Part shown: one piece after another, positions 38,415-49,335 of the stretch
Numbering within the stretch: the first letter of the stretch is position 1
Layout of the letters: every line of letters begins with the position of its first letter
Origin: Ptychomitrium polyphyllum
Taxonomy: Eukaryota
DNA length: 64,000 nt
Direction: 5' to 3'
NCBI GenBank assembly: GCA_973851085.1
Contig: OZ316775.1
Location: 16,368,001-16,432,000 of the forward strand
The notes under the pieces: generated by a model
The model's input: the letters and a program-made list of their open reading frames with translations, nothing else
Told to the model about the DNA's origin: nothing
The model's database searches: none
Made by a program: the position numbers and the translations under genes

Positions 38415-41400
38415 GAATGTATGCGTCAAGGTTAAGGATTTATTGCTATCTATGCCAGATCCCCAAACACTTGATGAGGCCATCAACTAAGCTTTGAAGT
38501 GTGATAATTGTCTATTTAAACATCGACAAGATAAACAGACTTTTATAACGCATCAGTCTTACACCAACATTTTAGTAGTTGCAGCCCCATCTACCTCTAA
38601 TAAGTATTTGGAAGCAGAAGTCATGCAAATTGATTCGGTTTGTTTTAAGCTCCTTACTAAACATGAGAAGAAGCAACAAAGGAAGCAAGGGTTGTGTTTG
38701 TATTGTGGAAAATCTAGCAATAAAGTTGATAACTACCTAGAGAAACCTTTACGTATATATCAGATGAGAGGTACAACCACCATGCCGAATGTTTTGCAGG
38801 AAAATGAGGTCGTCTAGCCACAATAGAGACCATGCGGTTGAATTTGCTTCATTTGCAAGTAAACAAAGGTCCTATTCTATCAGCCCATCTTTTTGCTTCT
38901 TTTATTATATCTGTTTGTTTAAGTATTTAGAAGCTCAAAAGCCTTACTCTAATAGATTCAAGAACTTCTACTTACTTTATTGACAAAGAATTTATGAAAA
39001 CCCATAAGTTTTTTTTTATTAGAAAATCCAAACCTGTCCATGTAGAAGTCATAGATGCTTGACCGTTATCTTTTGGAGATGTTATTCATGAGACCAATCC
39101 ATTAACAGTAATATTGAACAATCATAGTAGCCAAGTGATATTTAATGTCATTAGGTCTCCGTTAAGTCTCATCATTCTAGGGCTTTCTTGGCCTGAAAAG
39201 TACAACCCGCAGATAGATTAGGCATCCCGCAAAATAAAATTTCCATCATTAGAATGTATAACTACTATGCCTAGGGAGAAAGCTAAAGCATCTTATAGAT
39301 CTAAAACCATAAAGCCTCTCTTAATTGGAGCTAAAGCATTTATGAGAGCAGCAAAGACTAGTGCTTTTATTGCTGTGTATGCAACTCTAATGTCCAAAGT
39401 TGTGGCTTCATCCTCAATAATTCTAGAAAAGTATAAAGAGTTCAACGATATATTTGAAAAGAAGAATGCATGCATCCTACCACAACATTGTCCTTACAAC
39501 TGTGCCATAGACTTACAATACAATGCCCAGCTACCATTTGGACCTAATTATAAGTTATCCCAAAACAACTTTCATCACTGAGGAAGTATATTGATGAAAA
39601 CTTAACCAAGAACTTTATTCAACATTCAAAGCCTCCTGCTGGTGCTCTAATACTTGTAAAGAAGAAAGATGGATCATTACATTTGTGTCAATTACCGCGG
39701 CTTTAATACAATGACAATGAAGAACCAATATCCATTGTCGCTGATATTTGGGCTTTTTGATCAACTTGGCCAAGCAAAGATCTATACCAAAATAGACCTG
39801 CAAAAAGCCTACAATTTGGTCCGCCTAAAAAAAGGAGATGAGTGGAAGACGGCTTTTTGAACAAGGTATGGACATTTTGAATATAATGTCATGCCTTTTG
39901 AACTTATCAACACACTCGCCATTTTTTAGCACTTGATAAATGACATATTTTAGAAGTGCTTCGATGATTTTGTTATATACTATCTTGACAATACCTTGAT
40001 CTATTCAAAGAATCCAGAGGAACATGAACGGCATGTCTGCATAGTCCTATAAAAACTATGAGATGCTGGTTTATATGCCAAGCTTGGGAAATGTGTATTC
40101 TACTACCCTTGGGTGGAATTCCTTGGTTATATCATCTCCAACAATAGACTATTAATGGATCCAAAAAAGGTCAAAGCAATTAGCGATTGGACAAGGCCAA
40201 AATCAGTACGTGATGTCCAATGCTTTCTTGGATTTGCAAACTTCTATAGGATCTTCATCAATGACTATTCTCAAATAGTTACACCACTTACGCGACTAAT
40301 ATACAAGGAAAAGCTTGAGTGGAAATTTGATGTTGAGGATGTATTCCAAAGTTTGAAGCAAGCTTTTACTACAGCTCCTATTCTAGTCCATTTGGACTTT
40401 TTGAAGCAATTTTATCTTAAGATAGATGCTTCCGACTTTGCACTAGGAGTAGTTTCATTACAAACGGAAAGAGAAGGAAGACTCCATCCGACAGCATTTC
40501 ATTCCAGAAAATTTTCAGTTGCAAAAATCAACTACAAGATCCATGACAAGGAATTCTTTGCAATTGTAAATTCCTTCCAAAAATGGTGTCACTTGCTTTA
40601 GGGTGCTACGCATCCATTTATTGTATATATAGATTACAAGAACTTGGAATATTTCATGTCAGCCCGTGTTTTGAATCGCCGCCAAGGTTGTTGTAGTATG
40701 TTTCTATTTCAATTTGATTTTTGAATCACATATCAATCTAAAAAGCAACAAGGGTTATTAGATGCTTTGTCAAGGCGATCATATCTTGCGCCAAAAAAGG
40801 AAGAGTCAGCACACAATCAACAACAAGTAACTTTATTGAAACCCGAACAGTTTTGTATACGTACAACCACCATTTCAACTCCGGTGGATTCATTGTTTCT
40901 TGATCAGGTGCATGTGGCATCTACCAAAGACCTTCTTATTCTTGATATCAAGTGTCATTCCAACAATCTTCTTGAAGATGTGTCTAAGTTAAAATTAGAA
41001 AACAACCTTCTCTACTTTGAAGAACGCCTATATATTCTCAAAGGACCAGTTCGCCTTTGTGTACTTCAAACACATCATGACTTTCCTGCGGATGGATATT
41101 TTGAATTCAACAAAACCTTGGAATTCTTTTCTCTCGACTTTTGATGGCCTCAAATGTAGAAGGCCGTTAAGGAGTTTGTACTCTCATGTGATAGCTGTTC
41201 TAGGTAAAAAAACCCTCAACACCGTCCATATAGACTTTTCTAACCACTGCCTATTCCAAGACAATTGTAGTCGTCTATTTCAATGAATTTCATTTTAGAT
41301 CTTCCACTGTTAAATTCTTTTGATATCATTTTTGTTGTGGTAGATCTGTTGACCATGATGGCATATTTTGTACCTTGCAAGAAGACAATTACGGATGAAG

Positions 41401-41712
41401 AGACTGCCACACTTTTCATGGATAATGTCTACCTAAACCATGGATTTCCAATAATATTATTTTGGATCGTGGATCATAGTTTGTATCAAGATTTTGGAAG
41501 TTGCTCTTTGAAATCTTTAAGATGGACATAAAACTTTCTTTTGTTTTCCATCCTCAGATCGATGGCCATATATAGAGCGAGTCAACAAGATCCTTGGAGC
41601 AATATTTGAGGTGTACTATCAACTATCACCAAGATGATTGGACTTCCTACTTGACATTAGCTGAGTTTGCCTACAACACCACTCACGCTTTTACCCAACA
41701 AACGCCACTCTG

Positions 41713-42129
41713 TGTTATAGATAGAGTAACCACAAGACAAGGCTTTAGGATTCCAAAATGTGAAACAAGATAAGTCCAAGTATATTAGAAGTAAAGAACT
41801 ACAGCAAGGTACAAAAGACAAGGCCAAAAGGTCTGAACTAGACCACAAGAGATGCATTGTCAAGACTAAAGAGCTCTTCAACCTTGACTTTTATATATTA
41901 GAATTCCAAGCCTTGGAAGCTTTTTGAGACGCTTCACCTACATTGCTTGGTATTCAAGTAACCTTGAGTTACTTCTTTGGAAGTTTCTTAGGCCGAGGTA
42001 ATTTTTTTGGAAGCTTCCTAAGTCAAGGCAACTTCCTTGGAAGCTTCTTAAGTCAAGGCAACTTCCTTAGAAGCTTCATAAATCTTCTAAGAACCTTTCT
42101 AGATGCTTCTAATATGTATGTCTATGATA
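41713..42129 (-). mobile_element. Solo LTR of family B inserted antisense in the host integrase
   Basis: Reverse complement of 36466-36946; interrupts QTPFYSNYGHHP; degenerate TSD CTCTG/TTCTA. Confidence 0.88.
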
Positions 42130-42480
42130 TTCTACTCCAACTATGGACATCATCCAAAGATAGATATGTTATAGCCTCCACAATTTGAGAATTCAGCAGT
42201 AGAAGAATTTGCCACAAGAATGGCAAGAGCTTCAAACAACCATGAAGATTTAACCAAGAGAAGCTTGGGAACAATACGAAACGGCAGCAGATGCAACAAA
42301 GAAAGAACAATCTCTATTCCAAGTTGGTAAAAAGGTGTGATTCCTTTGACGCAATATAAGGATTAGAATGCCATGTCACAAGCTGGACTATTGCAGATTG
42401 GGACCATTTATAATTGAGAAACAAATCAACCATGTGGCATATCATTTAGAACTACCAACATCAATGAAGGTACAACCCAT

Positions 42481-44043
42481 TGTCGTGGTAAAAGATCCTT
42501 GCTTTGAGAAAGCGCTAAGCCTCTAGCTGCTATTAAAGACTCAACAAGTTGACAAGATAGTATTTATCTAATTATTTAAGTGAAAGAGTTTTTTGATCAT
42601 GCTTTTTAAGCTTTATAAAGATTACAACCCAAATCCAAACCATAAGTACATACTGCCCTCATAAATTTGCTTACAATTTTGCTCATATTTTTTACTATAA
42701 AAGTTTAATGAACCTTATATTTTGACACTATGTGTTTAAAAAAATCTATAAAACTATGGTATACATTTCATAACCATAGCTACTATATAAGTATTGAGAA
42801 CGATGCTTTCAAAGTTCTCACTTTCCACTACCACAGCTCATGGACCCCCTCAATTTTATTACTTCATAACTTCTTTCTTATTATAAATTTAGACTTGAGA
42901 ATTTACAAATACATTACTAATCCTACAATAATCACTTCATTAAAATACCAACCTCAGAAATTCCTTCAATTCTCTCTTATGGCTCAAAATGTACAACCTT
43001 AAGTCTGTTGTATGCCGCTCTCAAAGTTTTGACTATAATTTTTCTTATAACTTTCACTATACAAGACTTTTTTTCTCCAAATTTTTACAATATCATCTTG
43101 AAGTAGTTAAAATACTTATCTTTAAATTTTATTACCAATTTTTAAATACACAAAAAGTTATAAGCACTTAAAGCAGCTGCTCCCTAAAACTCAAGGCAGC
43201 TGATCCAACTTCACTCAAACTAGAGCCACGGTCACATACCAACTTCAAATGAAGCGTGTGATAATACACTAAAGAATTTTAAAAAAGTTTAAAAATTTTA
43301 AAAATCCGACAAAAATCAATTTAAATTAAAAAGTATGCTATGAGATATGGTCGAAGGTAGAACTACCTTAAGTAACAAGTGGGAGAAGCCGAGAGAGAAG
43401 AAGAAGGTGATAGTCAAACCACGACATCTACTCCTTATCTTTCCACATCAGCCCTTATCTCTCCACATAAGGCCTTTATCTCTTCATATCATCATTAAAA
43501 CCAATCATAAATCCATTAGTAATCTTTTTTTTTTCTTTTCTTTCTTTTCTTTCTTTTTGGTTGAAATTTCTAGTTTCAAACTACAAAAGAAGACAGAACC
43601 AATCGTCAAAAATCTAAAGTATGACACTAAAACTAAAATAAAAGGAAGAAAACAGGAAAAAGATTGAAGTTCAATGAATATAAAGTCACTGTTGAGGTAG
43701 AATCAAACACCAAGCCACAAACTTGATTGTCTGAATAAATTCTAATTACAGAATTGGTTCAAGTTTGATTCTTGTTGCATTCGTTCACTGGATAGCGGCA
43801 TTTGGCTTGGAACTGCTAGTAAGAATAGCAGACAGCAAAAGAATACAGTTAACCAGCGCCTTCACCTTGAGCTAAGACAAGATGTAGTTCTACCTCCAAG
43901 ACACTCAATACCATGGTTTTACCACAATTCTTTTCAATTAACTTCTCTTTTCATCCTAGTACTCTTTTCTAAAACACAATAAATCAAAATCCACAAAATA
44001 ATACATATTAGCTAAGTTTTAAGCCATATAATTATTTACAACA
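42481..44043. mobile_element. Unclassified ~1.56-kb insertion between integrase and chromodomain
   Basis: Splits MKVQP|VFHILLLE; termini TGTCGTGGTA...TATTTACAACA; no recognisable coding content; no clear TSD. Confidence 0.55.
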
Positions 44044-44491
44044 CATCACTGTCTTCCATATTTTACTTTTGGAAACCTATAAAGAATCAAGTATCCCTGG
44101 ACAAAGGCAGCTGTCACCACCTATGGTCAAAATTAACAATCATTATGAATTTAAAGTAGAAAGAGTGCTTCACAGATAAGACGTAGAAAGCTGGAATACT
44201 TGGTACATTTGCGTGGATATGATATCACTAAATGTACATGGGAGCCAACTAATAATCTTGCAAATCATAAGTTCCATCGACAACATCTATTCAAACCAAA
44301 TGTAACAACAGATGGAACAGTAGCTTGGTAAGGCTGCGTAACCTTGAAGGCTCTTGATGCTTAGGCTTTTCAAAAGGATAGAAAGCAATTCCTAGATCAT
44401 AAGTTTCCAAAGCCTCAGACATGATTTAGAAATTAGTTGTTTGTATTTTGAAGTTTGTCATAATTTTTTAGACTAACTCGATATATTAAAT

Positions 44492-44880
44492 ATGGATAGT
44501 CAAGATGCAAATATCATGCCAGTGGTGTCAATCCAATCAAGTGGCTCTTGTCAACGACCTTGTGATGAAGAACAGATTGAGCCAAGAAGACGTTGGTAGA
44601 TACCCAACAATAGATCGTTGGTAATTATCTTTGAAGTGAAACCAACTTACGAAGGTTATTCAAAAGTTTTTTTTAAATAACATTTTTACAATAAAGATAC
44701 AAAAGTTCGTACTTGGTCCCAAGTAGAAGGCGTTGGACACTATTGGTGGTTACAAGGACCCATGAATCATTTGAATCAAGAAAGGCAATTGGAGTATGTT
44801 GCAGATACTATGCTCCAAAAATCTTTGACTTTTTACAACTCTAAGCATTTATTGCTCCTTGGAGACGATGAAGCTAAAAA
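44492..44880 (+). pseudogene. Extra ORF of gypsy family B, copy 2
   Basis: MDSQDANIMPVVSIQSSGSCQRPCDEEQIEPRRRW*IPNNRSLVIIFEVKPTYEGYSKVFFK*HFYNKDTKVRTWSQVEGVGHYWWLQGPMNHLNQERQLEYVADTML...; stops at different codons from copy 1. Confidence 0.65.
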
Positions 44881-44889
44881 GAAAGGTGA

Positions 44890-45279
44890 TGTCACGGACA
44901 TACATATTAGAAGCGTTTAGATCGGTTCTTAGAAGATTTAGAAAGCTTCCAAAGAAGTTATCTTTAGATGAAGAAGCTTCCAAAAAAGTTACCTCGGCCT
45001 AAGAAACTTCCAAGGAAGCAATTCAAGGTTACTTGAGTACATAGCAACGTAAATGAAGCTTCTCAAAAAGCTTCCAAGGTTTGTAATTTTAGTTTATATA
45101 AAAGTCGAGGTTGAAGAGCTCTTCAATCTTGACAATGCATCTCTTGTGGTCTAGTTTAGACCTTTTAGCCTTGTCTTTTGTACCTTGTTGTAGCTTTATA
45201 CCTTCAATATACTTGGACTTATTTTATTCCATATCCTAGAATCTTAAAGCCTTGTCTTATGGTTACTCTGTCATTAACA
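44890..45279 (+). repeat. 3' LTR, gypsy family B
   Basis: TGTCACGGAC...CATTAACA followed by TSD ATTAT. Confidence 0.9.
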
Positions 45280-46122
45280 ATTATGAATGATCTAAAAATG
45301 TAGATTAGATTGTAAAAGCAATGGACAAGTTAATACAAGAAAATGGTGTTGATGGCACTAGATAAATTATTTGTTGCACAAGATATTAACAATTTTTGAT
45401 ATTATTTCATCCAAAGAACTTGTTATAGGCTAAAAAAGTAATGGTGTTGTGTTTAAAAAATTATATTTATTTGCAATAAAATACATCAATTACTTTAAAT
45501 GTGTTAACATGGTGTATTATATTATGTATACAAGAAGTTTTGAAATTTAAAAGAATACTATTAAAGGGCTGTAATAGAATAATTACATGTGCAACTATAT
45601 ATCCTATCATTTGCCACATATTAATAGTAGAATTAATAACAGGTTGTCATATGTTTCATTTTGATCAAAAGATATTTTTTGTTTGCAGATGCTCAAAGTG
45701 TAGCTATAATGAATTTGTATGATGTTTATTCTAAAGATTAACATATGGCATGTTTAATTTGAATATAAGAATAATTTTTATTTAATGAATAATTATAATT
45801 TTGGTGATGGTTTTCATCATGGTTCCTTTTTGTATCTTGCAAAAAAAGTATTTGAAGATTCAATATATACAAATCTAAAACGGGCTATAAAATACACAAA
45901 GAATTAAATAGAAGAAATGTTTTTTATTTCATTTGTTCTACCTTAAATATGACTCAATTATAGATGGTTATTATCTTCTAATATATCTCTTTTTATCTAT
46001 ACAATGTTGATATGATGATGACAATATGTCTTTTGCATACTAATCTGTATATGTGAAATGTTATAATTGTTGTTTTATTACTAATTACATGATTTAAAAG
46101 TATGCACTTCAACATCTATTTT

Positions 46123-46469
46123 TATAACAAATATATATATTAGAAGCATCTAGAAAGGTTCTTAGAATGTTTAGGAAGCTTCCAAAGAAGTTATTTTGGC
46201 TTAAAAAGCTTCTAAAGAAGCAACTTGAGGTTGGTTGAATACAAAGCAATGTAATAGAGGCTTTTAAAACTTATAGTTCTAGTATATATAAGAGTCAAGG
46301 CTAAAAGAATCTTTAATCTTAACAATGCAACTCTTGTGGTCTAGCTCAAGCCTTCTGCCCCTGTCTTTGTACATTATTATAGTTCTTTATCTCGAATATA
46401 CCTTGGATATATTTTCTTCCATATATTGAAATTATAAAGCTTTGTCTGATTGTTACCTTGTCCTTAATA
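46123..46469 (+). mobile_element. Degenerate solo LTR, family B
   Basis: Collinear with B LTRs (TATTAGAAGCATCTAG, CTCTTGTGGTCTAG); no TSD seen. Confidence 0.75.
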
Positions 46470-48703
46470 CGTTCAAATTATTTAAAGTCTTTAATCAATT
46501 ATGACATATTATTAAATGTCAAATATTTTTTTTTTATATTAAAAAAATTTTAGGTCATTGATTTTCATTTCACCACATGTGTTAATAAGACAATTTATTT
46601 ATATATGACAAAAACTATATTCCATCAATAAATGATTTATATTAAAATAGATTAAAAATTTTAATGGTTATAAATTAAGAATATGTATAAAATATAGTAG
46701 AGTGAATTTATTTAGAAGGTGAATAAACTTGTACTTAACAATTAATAACAGAAGATTATATAAAATAACAATTTCTATTTTTTTTGAAATTTGATATTAA
46801 AATTATGTAAATATTCAAAAATTCAAATCCAGATTTATTTATATGAAGTATATGAACTTGAAATACTAAAACTCAACTTTGAAATATAAAAATAGTTAAA
46901 TTTTAAGTTAATACTATTAATTTTATTTAATTTTAAAGTAATAATAATTACTTTTGTATGCATATAAATATTTTTGGTTAATATCCATATGTGTAGATTC
47001 AGATGATTTAAAACATACCATTCAAGTTTATGTAATAAATCTATTTGAAACTTTTTTTATAAATTGTCCATAAATTATTTTTTAAATGTATATTAAAACA
47101 AAATTAGAAATATGATTTAAAAAAAATAAGATCATATTATGTTAATATATATAAAATCAAATTTTTCTTGCAATTAAAATTTTTTAATTACAGTCAATAC
47201 CATATCTTTTTTAATTTTTTCATAAGTTAAATAATTTTATTTAATAAGATGCTAGAATTTTTTTTAAAGTTGTTAGAAGTAAACAATATTTGTATACGGA
47301 TATGGACAAAATGACCATTTTTTAGGTTTTCTTAGACAATCTTGTTTAATTTCGAATTTACACATAAAAAATACAAATTAATTGCAATGTTAAGTTACTT
47401 ATGGAAACAAATTTAAAATACCAAAAACACTTTATTGTGAAGATTCACAAACTTTAAAACATCATTCATTTAAATTATGTGGAGTTTTGAAAACAGATCT
47501 TATAACTTTACAATTACGTAATCAAAGAATTAAATATATACAGAGATTATATGATTGAGTTTTACTTTTTTAAATGCAAAAAATAATATAAAACATCTTA
47601 TAGACAATAACAATTCAAATAACTAGTTTTTCATAAGAAGTATAATTATGTGTTTAATTAATATGTTTAAAGCATATTATTTTTTAATTTTTGATATCTT
47701 TCAATGGTTGGAAGACTCTTGCTTAGCTTTGAACAGATAAATTCAAAGATATTTTCTATAGAATGTATGCTATTTATGTAATAGTAAATAAACAAAAGTC
47801 AAAATCAAAAAGAAATGATGTAAATTCATGTGTAAAATTTATCACCAATTAAATCTAATTTAACAAAACAAAGATGTTTTGTAAAGTACTTTAATTTCTA
47901 AAGAAATGAAAGAAGAAGTTGTAAATTTACAATATTTGTAATATTGTGCTATCATTATGAACCAAAATATTTACACATTTTTCATCTTTATTTTTAATAT
48001 ATATTAATATTTCAATTATAAAAAAAAATCTAAACAATTTATTTGAAAAACATATAAAAACAATGGATGGAATTAGTTTTCTAAAAGCTATATTCAAAAA
48101 GGATATTAATGCAATATAATGTAATATCTGTAAGCAAATACCACGTTTATTTTACAAATTTTCAAAGCCTCTTATCAAGCATTTCCATTTCCAAATGTTA
48201 ATTTTGTGAGTGATCCAAGCAGACTATATAGATTGAAGATATTAGAACCTACAGTAATTTTATTGTACAATTCTCTCTAATCCACAATAGGTGATTACAC
48301 ACTTGTATAATTTAATTTAGATTTTTGTACAGAGTAAAATAAACAACCTTTATATTGTTTTTATCCATTCATCTGCATCTATAAAATTTACTTTTATTTT
48401 ATTTGTTATTTTTATTTGTTACTTTTCACTATTTATTGTTTATTATTGAAATTTTACTTTTAATGTTTATGATTTTATTGTTTAATATTTAATTTTTGAT
48501 ATCTTAGTATTTCCTGTTTAGTTTTTGCTTTTTAATGTTATTACCTTTACAATTGTACAAAAACCTGCATTATATGTGATAGCGGCCATACTTGTTTCTG
48601 AATTTCTGATCCTAAATGGAGAGACTGGGGCGTTCCACCAATGGTACAAAAGCAGCAGCGATCCCGGGGAGAACGAGGGGAACGGGGACAGGAACAAGAG
48701 GAA

Positions 48704-48712
48704 TTAGGGTTT
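48704..48712. promoter_or_regulatory. Telo-box upstream of RPL24
   Basis: TTAGGGTTT (reverse of AAACCCTAA) ~140 bp upstream of a ribosomal-protein ATG. Confidence 0.6.
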
Positions 48713-48849
48713 GGGGGACGCAGCTGGGGTTTGCCTTGAGCGGGGAGGGGGCTCCAGTTTGCTCCTCTTTGCGGCTGCGACGTCTGCCACCATCGCTTTC
48801 TCTTTCTCGCGCTCGCCGGTGCTGTTGTATCGCCCCTTAGCCCGCCACC

Positions 48850-49335
48850 ATGGTGCTCAAGACGGAGGTCTGCCGCTTCTCCGGCTCCAAGATCTATCCC
48901 GGCCGCGGGATTCGCTTCATCCGGAGCGACAGTCAGGTGTTCCTCTTCCTCAACAGCAAGTGCAAGCGCTACTTTCACAACCGCCTCAAGCCCGCCAAGC
49001 TCTCATGGACGGCTCTGTTCCGGAAGCAGCACAAGAAGGACCTGCACGACACCGCCGTGAAGAAGAAACGCAGGGCCACCAACAAGCCGTACTCTAGGTC
49101 TATCGTGGGCGCCTCCCTGGAGGTTATCCAGAAGAAGCGGACGGAAAAGACCGAAGTACGTGCTGCGGCTCGGGAGGCGGCGTTGCGGGAGATCAAGGAG
49201 AGGATTAAGAAGACCAAGGATGAGAAGAAGGCGAAGAAGGCCGAATCCGTGAAGGTGACCAAGGGGCCTGGGAAGCAGGCCACACGGGCTCCCCAGCCCA
49301 AGGCTGCTAAGACCAGTGCCGGTGGCAAGCGTTGA
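48850..49335 (+). CDS. RPL24: 60S ribosomal protein L24 (eL24), 161 aa, no intron in the CDS
   Basis: [69 protein letters not shown]; strong Kozak context GCCACCATGG. Confidence 0.97.
   Translation: MVLKTEVCRFSGSKIYPGRGIRFIRSDSQVFLFLNSKCKRYFHNRLKPAKLSWTALFRKQHKKDLHDTAVKKKRRATNKPYSRSIVGASLEVIQKKRTEKTEVRAAAREAALREIKERIKKTKDEKKAKKAESVKVTKGPGKQATRAPQPKAAKTSAGGKR

Larger units (their letters stand above)
37164..44330 (+). pseudogene. Disrupted gag-pol of the family B chromovirus
   Basis: Gag PEKFDS, MQIDSV, GLCLYCG; protease LIDSRTSTYFID (~38950); [24 protein letters not shown] (~39981); RNase H DASDFALG; integrase MNFILDLP..VVVDLLT, GPF (~42400); chromodomain EFKVERVL..LEYLVHLRGYDITKCTWEP (~44145-44250). 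Many stops and frameshifts. Confidence 0.9.
36466..45279 (+). mobile_element. Full-length but decayed Ty3/gypsy chromovirus, family B, with three nested insertions
   Basis: LTRs 36466-36946 and 44890-45279; perfect 5-bp TSD ATTAT; purine-rich PPT before the 3' LTR; order gag-PR-RT-RH-INT-chromodomain-extra ORF. Confidence 0.92.

Noticed and set aside
45300..48550. Very AT-rich tracts (also ~24500-25900, 51400-53500, 57000-60300) as possible Helitron or organellar inserts
   Set aside because: No diagnostic termini or coding remnants visible; left unassigned.
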